A DNA stretch of 64,000 nt, taken from Acidobacteriota bacterium (lineage in GTDB: Bacteria > Acidobacteriota > UBA890 > WLXD01). Each line of letters starts with the position of its first letter. Position 1 is the first letter of the stretch. Location: positions 1 through 64,000 of the forward strand of contig CAXWPH010000012.1 in the NCBI GenBank assembly GCA_963666055.2, written 5' to 3'. The notes under the pieces were generated by a model. It was not told the origin of the DNA. It saw nothing but the letters and a program-made list of their open reading frames with translations, and did not search any database. Both the position numbers and the translations under genes were made by a program. Positions 51,104-59,880 of the stretch are shown here, piece by piece.

Positions 51104-51379
51104 ATGACCAAAGCGGACCTGATCGAAGAGGTAGCGGTGGTTTCCGAGCTCAGCAAGAAGAGTTCGGAGGTCATCGTGAACACTTTCTTCAACAGCATCG
51201 TCGAGTCGCTAACGCGGGGCGACAAGGTCGAGCTCCGTGGCTTCGGCACCTTCAAGTTGCGCCGCCGCCGAGCACGCATTGGCCGAAATCCGAGGACCGG
51301 CGAGCGCGTTGACGTGCCGGCCAAGGTGGTGCCGTTCTTCAAGCCGGGCAAGGAGCTTCGCGAGCTCGTCAATCGCTAG
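51104..51379 (+). CDS. ihfB: Integration host factor beta / HU family DNA-binding protein
   Basis: MTKADLI, VELRGFGTF, GRNPRTGE, FKPGKEL. Lies downstream of rpsA. Confidence 0.85.
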   Translation: MTKADLIEEVAVVSELSKKSSEVIVNTFFNSIVESLTRGDKVELRGFGTFKLRRRRARIGRNPRTGERVDVPAKVVPFFKPGKELRELVNR

Positions 51380-51424
51380 CCCCTGTTCCTAAACGCCGCC
51401 AGTCGAGTCTGGTCGCAGGGGTAG

Positions 51425-52501
51425 GTGGCGCATGCGGGAACCAACGTGAACCCACTGCTGAGTGTTATCGAGCAACAGGTGCGTGATCAGGCAAGAGACC
51501 TGGCCCTCGAGCACGTTGCACCTCGGGCGGCGGTTATCGATAGCTCCGGTTGCTGCCCGGACGAGCTCGTGCAGCGGCTCTGTGCGCTGATCTCCGACCA
51601 CGTCGACGGCGCCTGCCCGACGCCGATGCACCTGGCCTTGCGTCTGGAACAAGTGGCTCGCCACAGCGCCGCAGCGGCGGCCATTGCGGCGGCCCACGGG
51701 GTCGGGAGCTTCATCGCACGCGACCACGGCAAGCTCGACGCGCCGGTGGCCGACAATGGCCCCATCTACGTTGCTGTCTACGGCGGCACCGCCCTTTCGG
51801 CGGAGGCGTCCGACGATGGAGTGGTGTTGCAGGGAACCGTCGACCTGGCACCGGGCGCAGCCTACGCGACGGCCTTCGTGGTGGCCTGCGAGCAAGGAAG
51901 CGCCGCCGGTGTCTTCGTCGTTCTCGCCAACGCCGACGGCGTCTCCGTCGGACCTACGGAGGTCTTGATGGGCCTGGCGGGCAGCGGCACGGCTTCCATC
52001 ACGTGGGCAGGGGCCCGGCTGACGCCGTCCGCGCGGGTGGGGGATCTAGAACAGGTCTCGAGGCTCCTGGACGCCACGCGTATCGCTCACGCAGCCCAAG
52101 CGGTGGGGATCGCAACGGGCGCGCTGGACGCCGCTTTGACGCACTTGGCCTCTGCCAACACTGCCGAGGATATGCGCCAGCCGCCGCAGTCAACTCAGTG
52201 GATGCTGGCCGATATCGCCACCGAGTCGGAGGCGGCGCGGCTGTCGCTGTGGCACGCTGCGCTGGAGCTCGGTACCGGCAACGCGTACGAGGCCGGTGCG
52301 ATGTGCCGCCTGCTGGCAGCCGAGGCCGCCGTCGCAGCCAGCCGCCGCGCCATACAGATAGTCGGGGAACAAGGTACCCTGCGCGCCTCGGTGTTCGAGC
52401 GCCTCTACAGGGATGCGAAGGTCATGGAGGTGCTGGGCGGTACGAACGAAGACCAGCTTGGAATCATCGCCGACGGGCTGCTACCTACCCTGCCGCGCTA
52501 G
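51425..52501 (+). CDS. Divergent acyl-CoA dehydrogenase-family protein
   Basis: C-terminal ACAD motifs QWMLADIATE and ERLYRDAKVMEVLGGT. The N-terminal and middle domains are degenerate. Confidence 0.8.
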   Translation: MAHAGTNVNPLLSVIEQQVRDQARDLALEHVAPRAAVIDSSGCCPDELVQRLCALISDHVDGACPTPMHLALRLEQVARHSAAAAAIAAAHGVGSFIARDHGKLDAPVADNGPIYVAVYGGTALSAEASDDGVVLQGTVDLAPGAAYATAFVVACEQGSAAGVFVVLANADGVSVGPTEVLMGLAGSGTASITWAGARLTPSARVGDLEQVSRLLDATRIAHAAQAVGIATGALDAALTHLASANTAEDMRQPPQSTQWMLADIATESEAARLSLWHAALELGTGNAYEAGAMCRLLAAEAAVAASRRAIQIVGEQGTLRASVFERLYRDAKVMEVLGGTNEDQLGIIADGLLPTLPR

Positions 52502-52776
52502 CAGGCCGTGGTGAAAGTGTGGTGGGTCTGGCGACAGGGTCTTGCGAAGTGCAGGCAAGGAGAGAGGAGGAGGCGATGGTTACCCCATCGTTGACGAGGA
52601 ACGACGCAGGATACGCGCGCAACCCCCTGTCGCCCGAAGGGTTACGGCGATTTGGGGCCATTCGCAGCGTTGGCCTTCCTCAACGATGGCTAGGGCATCG
52701 CCTGTGTCAGGCCGCCTTGCATCTGGCCCCAACTCACCGTAACCAGACCCACCACACTTTCACCACGGCCTGCTAG
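52498..52776. mobile_element. MITE copy 2 (longest, 279 bp)
   Basis: 34-bp perfect TIR CTAGCAGGCCGTGGTGAAAGTGTGGTGGGTCTGG and two internal hairpin modules. No transposase. Confidence 0.92.
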
Positions 52777-52828
52777 GGACGAAGCGCCGACGACCTGGCA
52801 CGCATCTTCCCGATAGGACCGTAGAGAC

Positions 52829-54004
52829 GTGGACTGGCAGCTAACACCGGATCAACAGATGATCCGGCACACAGTGCGCGAGTTCGTCGATGCCAAGGTG
52901 GCGCCTGTAGCAGCGGACTGGGACCGCCAGAAGCGCTTCCCGGCGGAGACCTTCACGCAGCTTGGCGAGCTCGGCTTGTTCGGCATGATCGTGCCCGAGG
53001 AATGGGGCGGCGCCGGGCTCGACGGCACCGCCTACTGTCTCGCCCTCGAGGAACTGGCACGTGGCGATGCCTCGACCTGCGTGGCGATCAGCGTCACCAA
53101 CTCGGTGTTTTGCGCTCCGCTGAACAAGTACGGCAGCGACGAGCAACGCGAGCGCTGGCTTCGTCCGTGCGCCAGCGGCAAGTGGCTCGGCTCCTTTTGC
53201 CTCTCCGAGCCCGAGGCCGGATCCGACGCCGCCGCAATCAGGACGCGTGCCGAGCGCAACGGCGGTGACTACGTGCTCAACGGGGCGAAAGCATGGGTTA
53301 CCAGCGGCGCGGTGTGCGGAGCCATGCTGGTATTCGCGGTTACCGATCAGAAATCCGAACGACGTCGCATCTCGGCATTCATCGTGCCGCGCGACCATCC
53401 GGGGGTAAAAGTGCTCGGTGAGGAGGACAAGCTGGGGCTGCGCTCGTCGCGCACCAATCAGGTGAGCTTCGAGGATGTCGTGCTACCGGTATCGCATCGG
53501 CTTGGAAAGGAAGGAGACGGCCTCGGTATCGCTCTCGACAGCCTCGATGGGGGGCGCGCCGGGATCGCCTCGCAGGCCGTCGGCATTGCCCAAGCAGCTT
53601 TCAACGCGGCCCGCGACTATTTGCTGGAGCGCGAGGCGTTCGGCCGCCCGCTGGCGCACTTCGAGGGGCTGCGCCATCAGCTGGCTCGCATGGCCGCGGA
53701 GATCGGCGCTGGACGGCTGCTATACCTACGAGCCGCGGCGCTACGCGATCACGGCGCTCGCAACACCAAGGCAGCGGCAATCGCCAAGCTCTTCGCCAGC
53801 GAAGCAGCGAACCGGATCGCCTACCAGGCGATGCAAATGCACGGCGGCTACGGCTACGTGGCCGACTATCCGGTCGAGCGTTTCTATCGAGATGCTCGGG
53901 TCACCACCATTTACGAGGGGACTTCGGAGATCCAGCGACTCGTTGTTGCGCGCACGCTGCTCGCTGCCGCGGCGACAGCTGCGACCGGACCGCCAACTGT
54001 GTAG
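52829..54004 (+). CDS. Acyl-CoA dehydrogenase (short/branched-chain type)
   Basis: [52 protein letters not shown]. Confidence 0.95.
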   Translation: MDWQLTPDQQMIRHTVREFVDAKVAPVAADWDRQKRFPAETFTQLGELGLFGMIVPEEWGGAGLDGTAYCLALEELARGDASTCVAISVTNSVFCAPLNKYGSDEQRERWLRPCASGKWLGSFCLSEPEAGSDAAAIRTRAERNGGDYVLNGAKAWVTSGAVCGAMLVFAVTDQKSERRRISAFIVPRDHPGVKVLGEEDKLGLRSSRTNQVSFEDVVLPVSHRLGKEGDGLGIALDSLDGGRAGIASQAVGIAQAAFNAARDYLLEREAFGRPLAHFEGLRHQLARMAAEIGAGRLLYLRAAALRDHGARNTKAAAIAKLFASEAANRIAYQAMQMHGGYGYVADYPVERFYRDARVTTIYEGTSEIQRLVVARTLLAAAATAATGPPTV

Positions 54005-54166
54005 TCGGTCTCCGAGGTCTGTGGGATACTCCAAGCTTCAGACAACAGAGGGCCGATCGCGACACCCTTATCAAAGAATAGGGGGCGCGCCAACGAGCAT
54101 GGCGGGTTTGGCCAGCCGGGGTTTGGCGCGGTATCGGGCCACACGAGAACAGGGAAGAGGCGATTT

Positions 54167-54502
54167 GTGAGCGATGGCACCATCGAGCTGACGACGGAGA
54201 ACTTCGAGAACGAAGTGCTGCAAAGCGACCTCCCGGTATTGGTCGACTTTTGGGCTGTTTGGTGCGCCCCGTGCCGCATGATCGCCCCGCTTGTAGAAGA
54301 GCTTGCCGGGTCCTATGCGGGCAAGGTCAAAGTCGGCAAGCTCAACGTCGACGATCACGGTGACGTGGCAACGCGCTACAACGTCCGTGGCATTCCCACC
54401 CTGCTGCTGTTCCATGATGGCGAGGTACAGAACCAGATGGTTGGGGCTGCATCGCGCGACACCATCATGGAAATGCTCGACAAGGTGACCGCCGTAGCCT
54501 AA
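54167..54502 (+). CDS. trxA: Thioredoxin
   Basis: VLVDFWAVWCAPCRMIAP, GIPTLL. Confidence 0.96.
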   Translation: MSDGTIELTTENFENEVLQSDLPVLVDFWAVWCAPCRMIAPLVEELAGSYAGKVKVGKLNVDDHGDVATRYNVRGIPTLLLFHDGEVQNQMVGAASRDTIMEMLDKVTAVA

Positions 54503-54694
54503 GCAGGCGGTGATGGAAGTCTGGCGGGCCTGGCGGCAGGGTCTTGCGCGGCGGCGGCAAGGAGAGAGGAGGAGGCGATGGTTATCCCATCGTTGACGAC
54601 GAACGACGCAGCATACGCTCGCAGCCCCCTGTGGCCCGAAGGGTTACGGCGATTTGGGGCCATCTGCGATGTTACTTCCCCCACCGCCTGCTAG
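54499..54694. mobile_element. MITE copy 3 (diverged)
   Basis: Ends GCAGGCGGTG..GGAAGT / ACTTCC..CACCGCCTGC-TAG. Shares the core GCAAGGAGAGAGGAGGAGGCGATGG...CCATCGTTGACG...CCCGAAGGGTTACGGCGATTTGGGGCCA with copy 2. Confidence 0.85.
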
Positions 54695-54696
54695 AC

Positions 54697-55212
54697 ATGC
54701 GGGTCCGGATCGCCACTCTGGAGGACGGGCCGTGTCGGTTTGCCGGCACCGTGGCAATGTCTTCCGATGGGCACGACGTCAGCCTGGCCGCTCCGATAGC
54801 CTTCGCTGCGACTGTAGCGCTCGACGGCGACTCGATACGGGTCAAGGTCACGGGATGGCTTCACTCGACGGTCCGCGTGCCGTGCGCTCGCTGCCTCGAG
54901 CCCACGCCCGTGGTAGTAGATCGTGAACTCGAGCTGGTCTTCCACTCGGCGGAAAAGGCACCGCCGCCGGACAACACCGAGCTTGACGCCCAACGGCTCG
55001 AAGTCGATTATTACGCGGGTGGCGCTTTGGATCTGCGGTCCGTGTTGACCGAGCAGGTTCTACTCGACCTTCCGATGAAGCCACTTTGCAGCAACGAATG
55101 TCAGGGGCTCTGTCCGCAGTGCGGCGCGAACCGTAGCAAGCAGGCTTGTAATTGCCAACCTGCTGTGGATGCACGGCTCTCACCGTTGGCCGCGTTGCGG
55201 GATCGTCGGTAA
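54697..55212 (+). CDS. yceD: YceD/DUF177 family protein
   Basis: CARCL, LPMKPLCSNECQGLCPQCG. Lies upstream of rpmF. Confidence 0.9.
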   Translation: MRVRIATLEDGPCRFAGTVAMSSDGHDVSLAAPIAFAATVALDGDSIRVKVTGWLHSTVRVPCARCLEPTPVVVDRELELVFHSAEKAPPPDNTELDAQRLEVDYYAGGALDLRSVLTEQVLLDLPMKPLCSNECQGLCPQCGANRSKQACNCQPAVDARLSPLAALRDRR

Positions 55213-55271
55213 TTTATTGTGCGGCTAGCGCGCATAGGCACGTTGCTCGCGCCAACCTGAGGAAATAACCC

Positions 55272-55457
55272 GTGGCACTTCCCAAGCGACGACACTCGCG
55301 TACGCGTCGCGACAAGCGGCGCACGCACGACGCTCTGAAACGCCCTCCGCAGTCCCTGTGTCCCGAATGTGGCCGAGCCAAGCAGCCCCACCGCGTGTGT
55401 GCTCACTGCGGCACCTACCGGGGACGACAGGTGATTTCGTCTAGCGACGAAGGCTGA
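55272..55457 (+). CDS. rpmF: 50S ribosomal protein L32 (zinc-binding type)
   Basis: MALPKRRHS, CPECG...HRVCAHCGTYRGR. Confidence 0.96.
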   Translation: MALPKRRHSRTRRDKRRTHDALKRPPQSLCPECGRAKQPHRVCAHCGTYRGRQVISSSDEG

Positions 55458-55514
55458 GCTCACTCGTTTCGCGCTCCGGACCCTGAGGTCAAGCGCTCTG
55501 CTCGCGGAGGTCAC

Positions 55515-56543
55515 ATGAGGATCGCCGTTGATGCGATGGGCGGGGATCACGCTCCGGAACACCCGGTGAACGGCGCCGTAATGGCAGCCCGGGACCCCGA
55601 GGTGAAGATTGCCCTCGTTGGCGATAAGGCCATACTCGCACCGCTGCTGGCGCGTCATGGCTCCCCGGATCGCGTCGACATCGTCCACGCCGACGAAGCC
55701 ATCGGGATGGATGAGCCAGTCGTCGTAGCGGTGCGACACAAGCGTCGGTCATCCATTCATGAGGCCGCCCGTCTACTCCGCCGCGGCGAGGTGCAGGGCC
55801 TCGTCTCGGCCGGCAACACCGGTGCGGTCATGGCCGTGTCCAAGGTAATCGTCGGGACCCTGAGCGGCGTCGATCGACCCGCATTGGCGGTTGTCCTACC
55901 GACGCAAACGGGCCGCGCGATGGTGCTTGACGTCGGCGCCAACGTATCGCCCAAGAGCCGGCACCTGGTGCAGTTTGCGGTGATGGGCGCCCACTTCGCG
56001 AGCGTGATCCTCGGAGTCGAGCGACCGCGGGTAGGCTTGTTGTCGATCGGAGAGGAAGCCGGAAAGGGCACCGAGTTAGTGCGCAACGCGTACACCGCGC
56101 TGCAGGGCTCCGCACTGAACTTCATTGGCAACGTCGAGGCACGCGACCTCTATCGTGGTGGTGCCGACGTCGTGGTGTGTGACGGTTTCACCGGCAACAT
56201 CTTGTTGAAAACCAGTGAGGCCGCGGTCGAGACGCTGAGGGTCCTGATGCGTTCCGAGTTTACTCGTACCTGGAGGGGCCGCTTGGCTGGCCTGTTGGGT
56301 CGCGGTGCCTTCCGCCGGTTGAGAGACAGGGTCGACTACGCGGGGTTCGGTGGCGCGCCACTGCTGGGCCTTCGCGGCCTGGCGGTAATCTGCCACGGAC
56401 GCTCCAACCCGCGGGCGATCTGCAATGGTGTGCGAGTGGCTGTCGAATACGGCCAGCATGGCGTCGATCAACGGATCGAGGCGGCACTGGCCGAGATGCA
56501 AGCGCCGGCGGCTACCTCCGCCAGCGGCAGCGCTACGACATGA
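55515..56543 (+). CDS. plsX: Phosphate acyltransferase PlsX
   Basis: IAVDAMGGD, SAGNTGA, LDVGAN, DGFTGN, GGAPLLG. Confidence 0.96.
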   Translation: MRIAVDAMGGDHAPEHPVNGAVMAARDPEVKIALVGDKAILAPLLARHGSPDRVDIVHADEAIGMDEPVVVAVRHKRRSSIHEAARLLRRGEVQGLVSAGNTGAVMAVSKVIVGTLSGVDRPALAVVLPTQTGRAMVLDVGANVSPKSRHLVQFAVMGAHFASVILGVERPRVGLLSIGEEAGKGTELVRNAYTALQGSALNFIGNVEARDLYRGGADVVVCDGFTGNILLKTSEAAVETLRVLMRSEFTRTWRGRLAGLLGRGAFRRLRDRVDYAGFGGAPLLGLRGLAVICHGRSNPRAICNGVRVAVEYGQHGVDQRIEAALAEMQAPAATSASGSATT

Positions 56544-57487
56544 ACGGCCCGTCATCCGTCGCGTTCCTGTTCCCGGGGCAGGGAGCGCAGTACATCGGCA
56601 TGGGCAAGGAAGCGCACGATGCGTTCCCGGAGGCAGCGTCGGCGTTCGCCGAGTCCGACGACGCGTTGGGCTTTTCCCTTTCGCAGCTGTGCTTCGCCGG
56701 CGATGCAGACGAGCTTCGGCGCACCGAGAACACGCAGCCGGCGATCTTGACCGTAAGCATTGCGTTACAGCGTACCCTCGCCGCGCGTGGAGTAGAGGCC
56801 AGGTGGATGGCCGGGCACTCGTTGGGCGAATACAGCGCCCTGGTCGCTGCCGGCAGCCTGGAGCTTACTGATGCCGTGCGCTTGGTGCGGGCTCGAGGGC
56901 GCTATATGCAGGAGGCGGTTCCGGTCGGCGAAGGGGCCATGGCGGCTGTGCTGGGTCTCGATGACGACGCCATCATCGCTACCTGCGAGGAGGCCTCGCG
57001 CCAGACCGAACCGGTCGAACCGGCGAACTTCAACTCGCCCGGCCAGGTGGTGATCGCCGGTGCCACGCAAGCAGTAGAGCGTGCCGTGGAAATGGCAAAG
57101 GCCCGGGGTGCCCGCCGTGCCCTCATGCTAGAGGTATCGGCACCGTTCCACTGCTCGTTGATGGCCCCCGCCCAGCAGCGACTTGCGGCCGACCTGCAGT
57201 CTGTTCCCCTCGCGCCGCCGCGGGTGCCTGTCGTTTGCAACGTACGCGCCACGCCCCTGTCGACTGCCGACGAGGTGCGTGAAGCCCTCATCCAACAGGT
57301 CACGGCGGCCGTCCGGTGGGTGGACAGCCTGCGCTGGCTCGCCGATGCCGGTGCCACGACCTATGTGGAGGTCGGGCCAGGTAGAGTACTCGCGGGTCTG
57401 GCGAAGCGGACCCTGGAAGCACCCCAGATACGCTCGGTGCAAGGGCCGACCGATGTGGACGCGCTACTCGCCTTGGTGGCGGGTTGA
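56540..57487 (+). CDS. fabD: Malonyl-CoA:ACP transacylase
   Basis: FPGQGAQ, GHSLGEY, SAPFH, EVGPG. Confidence 0.96.
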   Translation: MNGPSSVAFLFPGQGAQYIGMGKEAHDAFPEAASAFAESDDALGFSLSQLCFAGDADELRRTENTQPAILTVSIALQRTLAARGVEARWMAGHSLGEYSALVAAGSLELTDAVRLVRARGRYMQEAVPVGEGAMAAVLGLDDDAIIATCEEASRQTEPVEPANFNSPGQVVIAGATQAVERAVEMAKARGARRALMLEVSAPFHCSLMAPAQQRLAADLQSVPLAPPRVPVVCNVRATPLSTADEVREALIQQVTAAVRWVDSLRWLADAGATTYVEVGPGRVLAGLAKRTLEAPQIRSVQGPTDVDALLALVAG

Positions 57488-57513
57488 CTCCAACTCCTCG
57501 ACGGAGGGCAAGA

Positions 57514-58260
57514 TTGTCCGGCAGCTTGCAGGACCGGGTCAGCATCGTTACCGGGGCCTCGCGCGGCATCGGTAAGGCTATCGCCCTAAGCCTCGCGAGC
57601 CAGGGGTGCCATCTAGCGATCGGAGCACGTACGGCCGCGGCATGCGAGTCGGTTGCGGAGGAGGCTCGGACGCACGGCGTAGACGTCCTTCCGTTGGAGA
57701 TGGATGTCGGCGAACCCGACTCCGTCAAGGCTGCCGTCAAGGCCGTCCTGGATCACTTCGGGCAGATCGACAACCTGGTCAACAATGCCGGGATCACACG
57801 TGATGGACTGCTCCTGCGACTCAAGGACGACGCCTGGAACGACGTGCTCCGGACCGACCTGACTGGCGTCTTTCTGTGCTCGCGCGCCGTGCTAAGATCG
57901 ATGCTTCGCCGACGAGAGGGCCGGATCGTCTCGATCAGTTCGGTCGTCGGGCTGCTCGGCAATCCCGGCCAAACGAACTACGCCGCCGCTAAAGCCGGAG
58001 TGCACGGTTTCACGAAGGCACTCGCGCGCGAGGTGGCGTCGCGCGGCATTACGGTGAACGCTGTGGCTCCGGGTTATGTCGAAACGGACATGACCCACGG
58101 CCTGCCCGAGGAGGCCAAGCGGCAGCTAAAGGAACAGATTCCGCTCAACCGGCTCGGGACCGGTGACGACGTCGCCGGGACGGTCAGCTTTCTTCTGTCT
58201 GATGACGCCGCCTACATCACCGGCCAGGTGATCAGCGTCGACGGCGGTATGTGTATGTGA
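57514..58260 (+). CDS. fabG: 3-oxoacyl-ACP reductase
   Basis: TGASRGIG, NNAGITRD, YAAAK, VDGG. Confidence 0.96.
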   Translation: MSGSLQDRVSIVTGASRGIGKAIALSLASQGCHLAIGARTAAACESVAEEARTHGVDVLPLEMDVGEPDSVKAAVKAVLDHFGQIDNLVNNAGITRDGLLLRLKDDAWNDVLRTDLTGVFLCSRAVLRSMLRRREGRIVSISSVVGLLGNPGQTNYAAAKAGVHGFTKALAREVASRGITVNAVAPGYVETDMTHGLPEEAKRQLKEQIPLNRLGTGDDVAGTVSFLLSDDAAYITGQVISVDGGMCM

Positions 58261-58340
58261 ATCCTGGTTTCGGAGTCACGGGCGCCTGCTATTGCACGCG
58301 TCATCCAAACTACCTGTAACCTGCTGTGCTGGAGGAAGGC

Positions 58341-58574
58341 ATGGACGTCGAAGCAAAGGTAAAGGAGATCATCGTCGAGCAACTCGGTGTGGATGCTGAG
58401 GAAGTGACCACTGGGGCCTCGTTCATCGAGGATCTCGGCGCCGACTCTCTGGATACGGTCGAGCTCGTGATGGCCTTGGAGGAGGAGTTCGACCTCGAGA
58501 TCCCCGACGAGGACGCCGAGAAGATTGCCAAGGTCCAAGACGCCGTCTCCTACATCACGAGCAAGGTCGGCTGA
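58341..58574 (+). CDS. acpP: Acyl carrier protein
   Basis: [14 protein letters not shown]. Confidence 0.97.
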   Translation: MDVEAKVKEIIVEQLGVDAEEVTTGASFIEDLGADSLDTVELVMALEEEFDLEIPDEDAEKIAKVQDAVSYITSKVG

Positions 58575-58603
58575 CAGCACAGCTGGCGGAGGATGGGGGA
58601 TTC

Positions 58604-59842
58604 ATGGATCGTCGCGTCGTCGTTACGGGCGTTGGACTGATCACGCCGGTCGGTCTGACCACCGACATCACCTGGAGCGCTCTGCTCGAGGGTCGTAGCG
58701 GTGTGGGTCCAATCACCAAATTCGATGCCACCGGCTACGCGGTCACGATCGCCGGCGAGGTACGTGACCTAACCGCCACCGACTTCGTCCCGAAGAAAGA
58801 CCTCAAGAAGATGGACCTGCATATCGTCTACGCCTTGGCGGCCACGGCCGACGCGTGGGCAATGTCCGGTGTCGAGGGCGCCTATGCTGCGGCACGAATC
58901 GGCACCATCATCGGATCGGGAATCGGCGGCCTCAACATCATGCAGAAGTTCCACGAGGTTCAGCTCCGGCGAGGGCCCGGTCGGGTCAGCCCGTTCTTCA
59001 TTCCGGCGCTCATCGTGAATCTCGCCTCCGGGTGGGTTTCCATGCGGTACAAGCTCCGGGGGCCGAACTCTTCCGTATGTACCGCCTGTTCGACTGGCAA
59101 CCACGCCATCGGCGATGCCTTCCGGGTGATCGCCCGCGGAGATGCCGACGCTATGGTCTGTGGCGGTACGGAGGGGGTCATATGCTCGCTCGCCATCGAC
59201 GGGTTCAGCGCCATGCGCGCCCTCTCGACGCGCAACGACGATGCGGCCCGGGCGAGTCGACCGTTCGACTCCGAGCGCGATGGATTCGTGCTGGGCGAAG
59301 GCGCCGGGATCCTGGTTCTTGAGGCCGAGGAGAAAGCCAGACAGCGGGGGGCCACCATCCTCGCCGAGATCGTCGGCTATGGCATGACCGCGGACGCCTA
59401 CCATATCTCCACGCCGCCCGAGGATGGAGACGGGGCCGTGCGCGTGATGCAAGCGGCGCTCGACGATGCTGACCTCGAGCCGAGCACGATCGACTACGTC
59501 AATGCCCACGGCACCTCCACACCGGTGGGCGATGCGGCAGAGGTGAAAGCGATCAAGTCGGTCTTCGGCGACCACGCAACCAACCTGGCCGTATCCTCGA
59601 CCAAATCGATGATGGGGCACCTGCTCGGCGCTGCAGGCGGCGTAGAAGCCGGCGTTACGATACTGGCGCTAAAGCATGGCCGGGTCCCCCCGACGATCAA
59701 CTACGAGAATCCCGATCCCGCGTGTGATCTCGACTTCGTCCCTAACGAGGCGCGGGCGATAGATCTCGAATACGGCCTCTCGAACTCGTTCGGATTCGGC
59801 GGCACGAACGCAGCACTGATCTTCAAGCGCTACGCCGGCTGA
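58604..59842 (+). CDS. fabF: Beta-ketoacyl-ACP synthase II
   Basis: TACSTG, NAHGTST, GHLLGAAG, SNSFGFGG. Confidence 0.96.
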   Translation: MDRRVVVTGVGLITPVGLTTDITWSALLEGRSGVGPITKFDATGYAVTIAGEVRDLTATDFVPKKDLKKMDLHIVYALAATADAWAMSGVEGAYAAARIGTIIGSGIGGLNIMQKFHEVQLRRGPGRVSPFFIPALIVNLASGWVSMRYKLRGPNSSVCTACSTGNHAIGDAFRVIARGDADAMVCGGTEGVICSLAIDGFSAMRALSTRNDDAARASRPFDSERDGFVLGEGAGILVLEAEEKARQRGATILAEIVGYGMTADAYHISTPPEDGDGAVRVMQAALDDADLEPSTIDYVNAHGTSTPVGDAAEVKAIKSVFGDHATNLAVSSTKSMMGHLLGAAGGVEAGVTILALKHGRVPPTINYENPDPACDLDFVPNEARAIDLEYGLSNSFGFGGTNAALIFKRYAG

Positions 59843-59880
59843 ACGGCGTCTCCACGAGCCCCTCTCAGCGAGAGCTGAAT

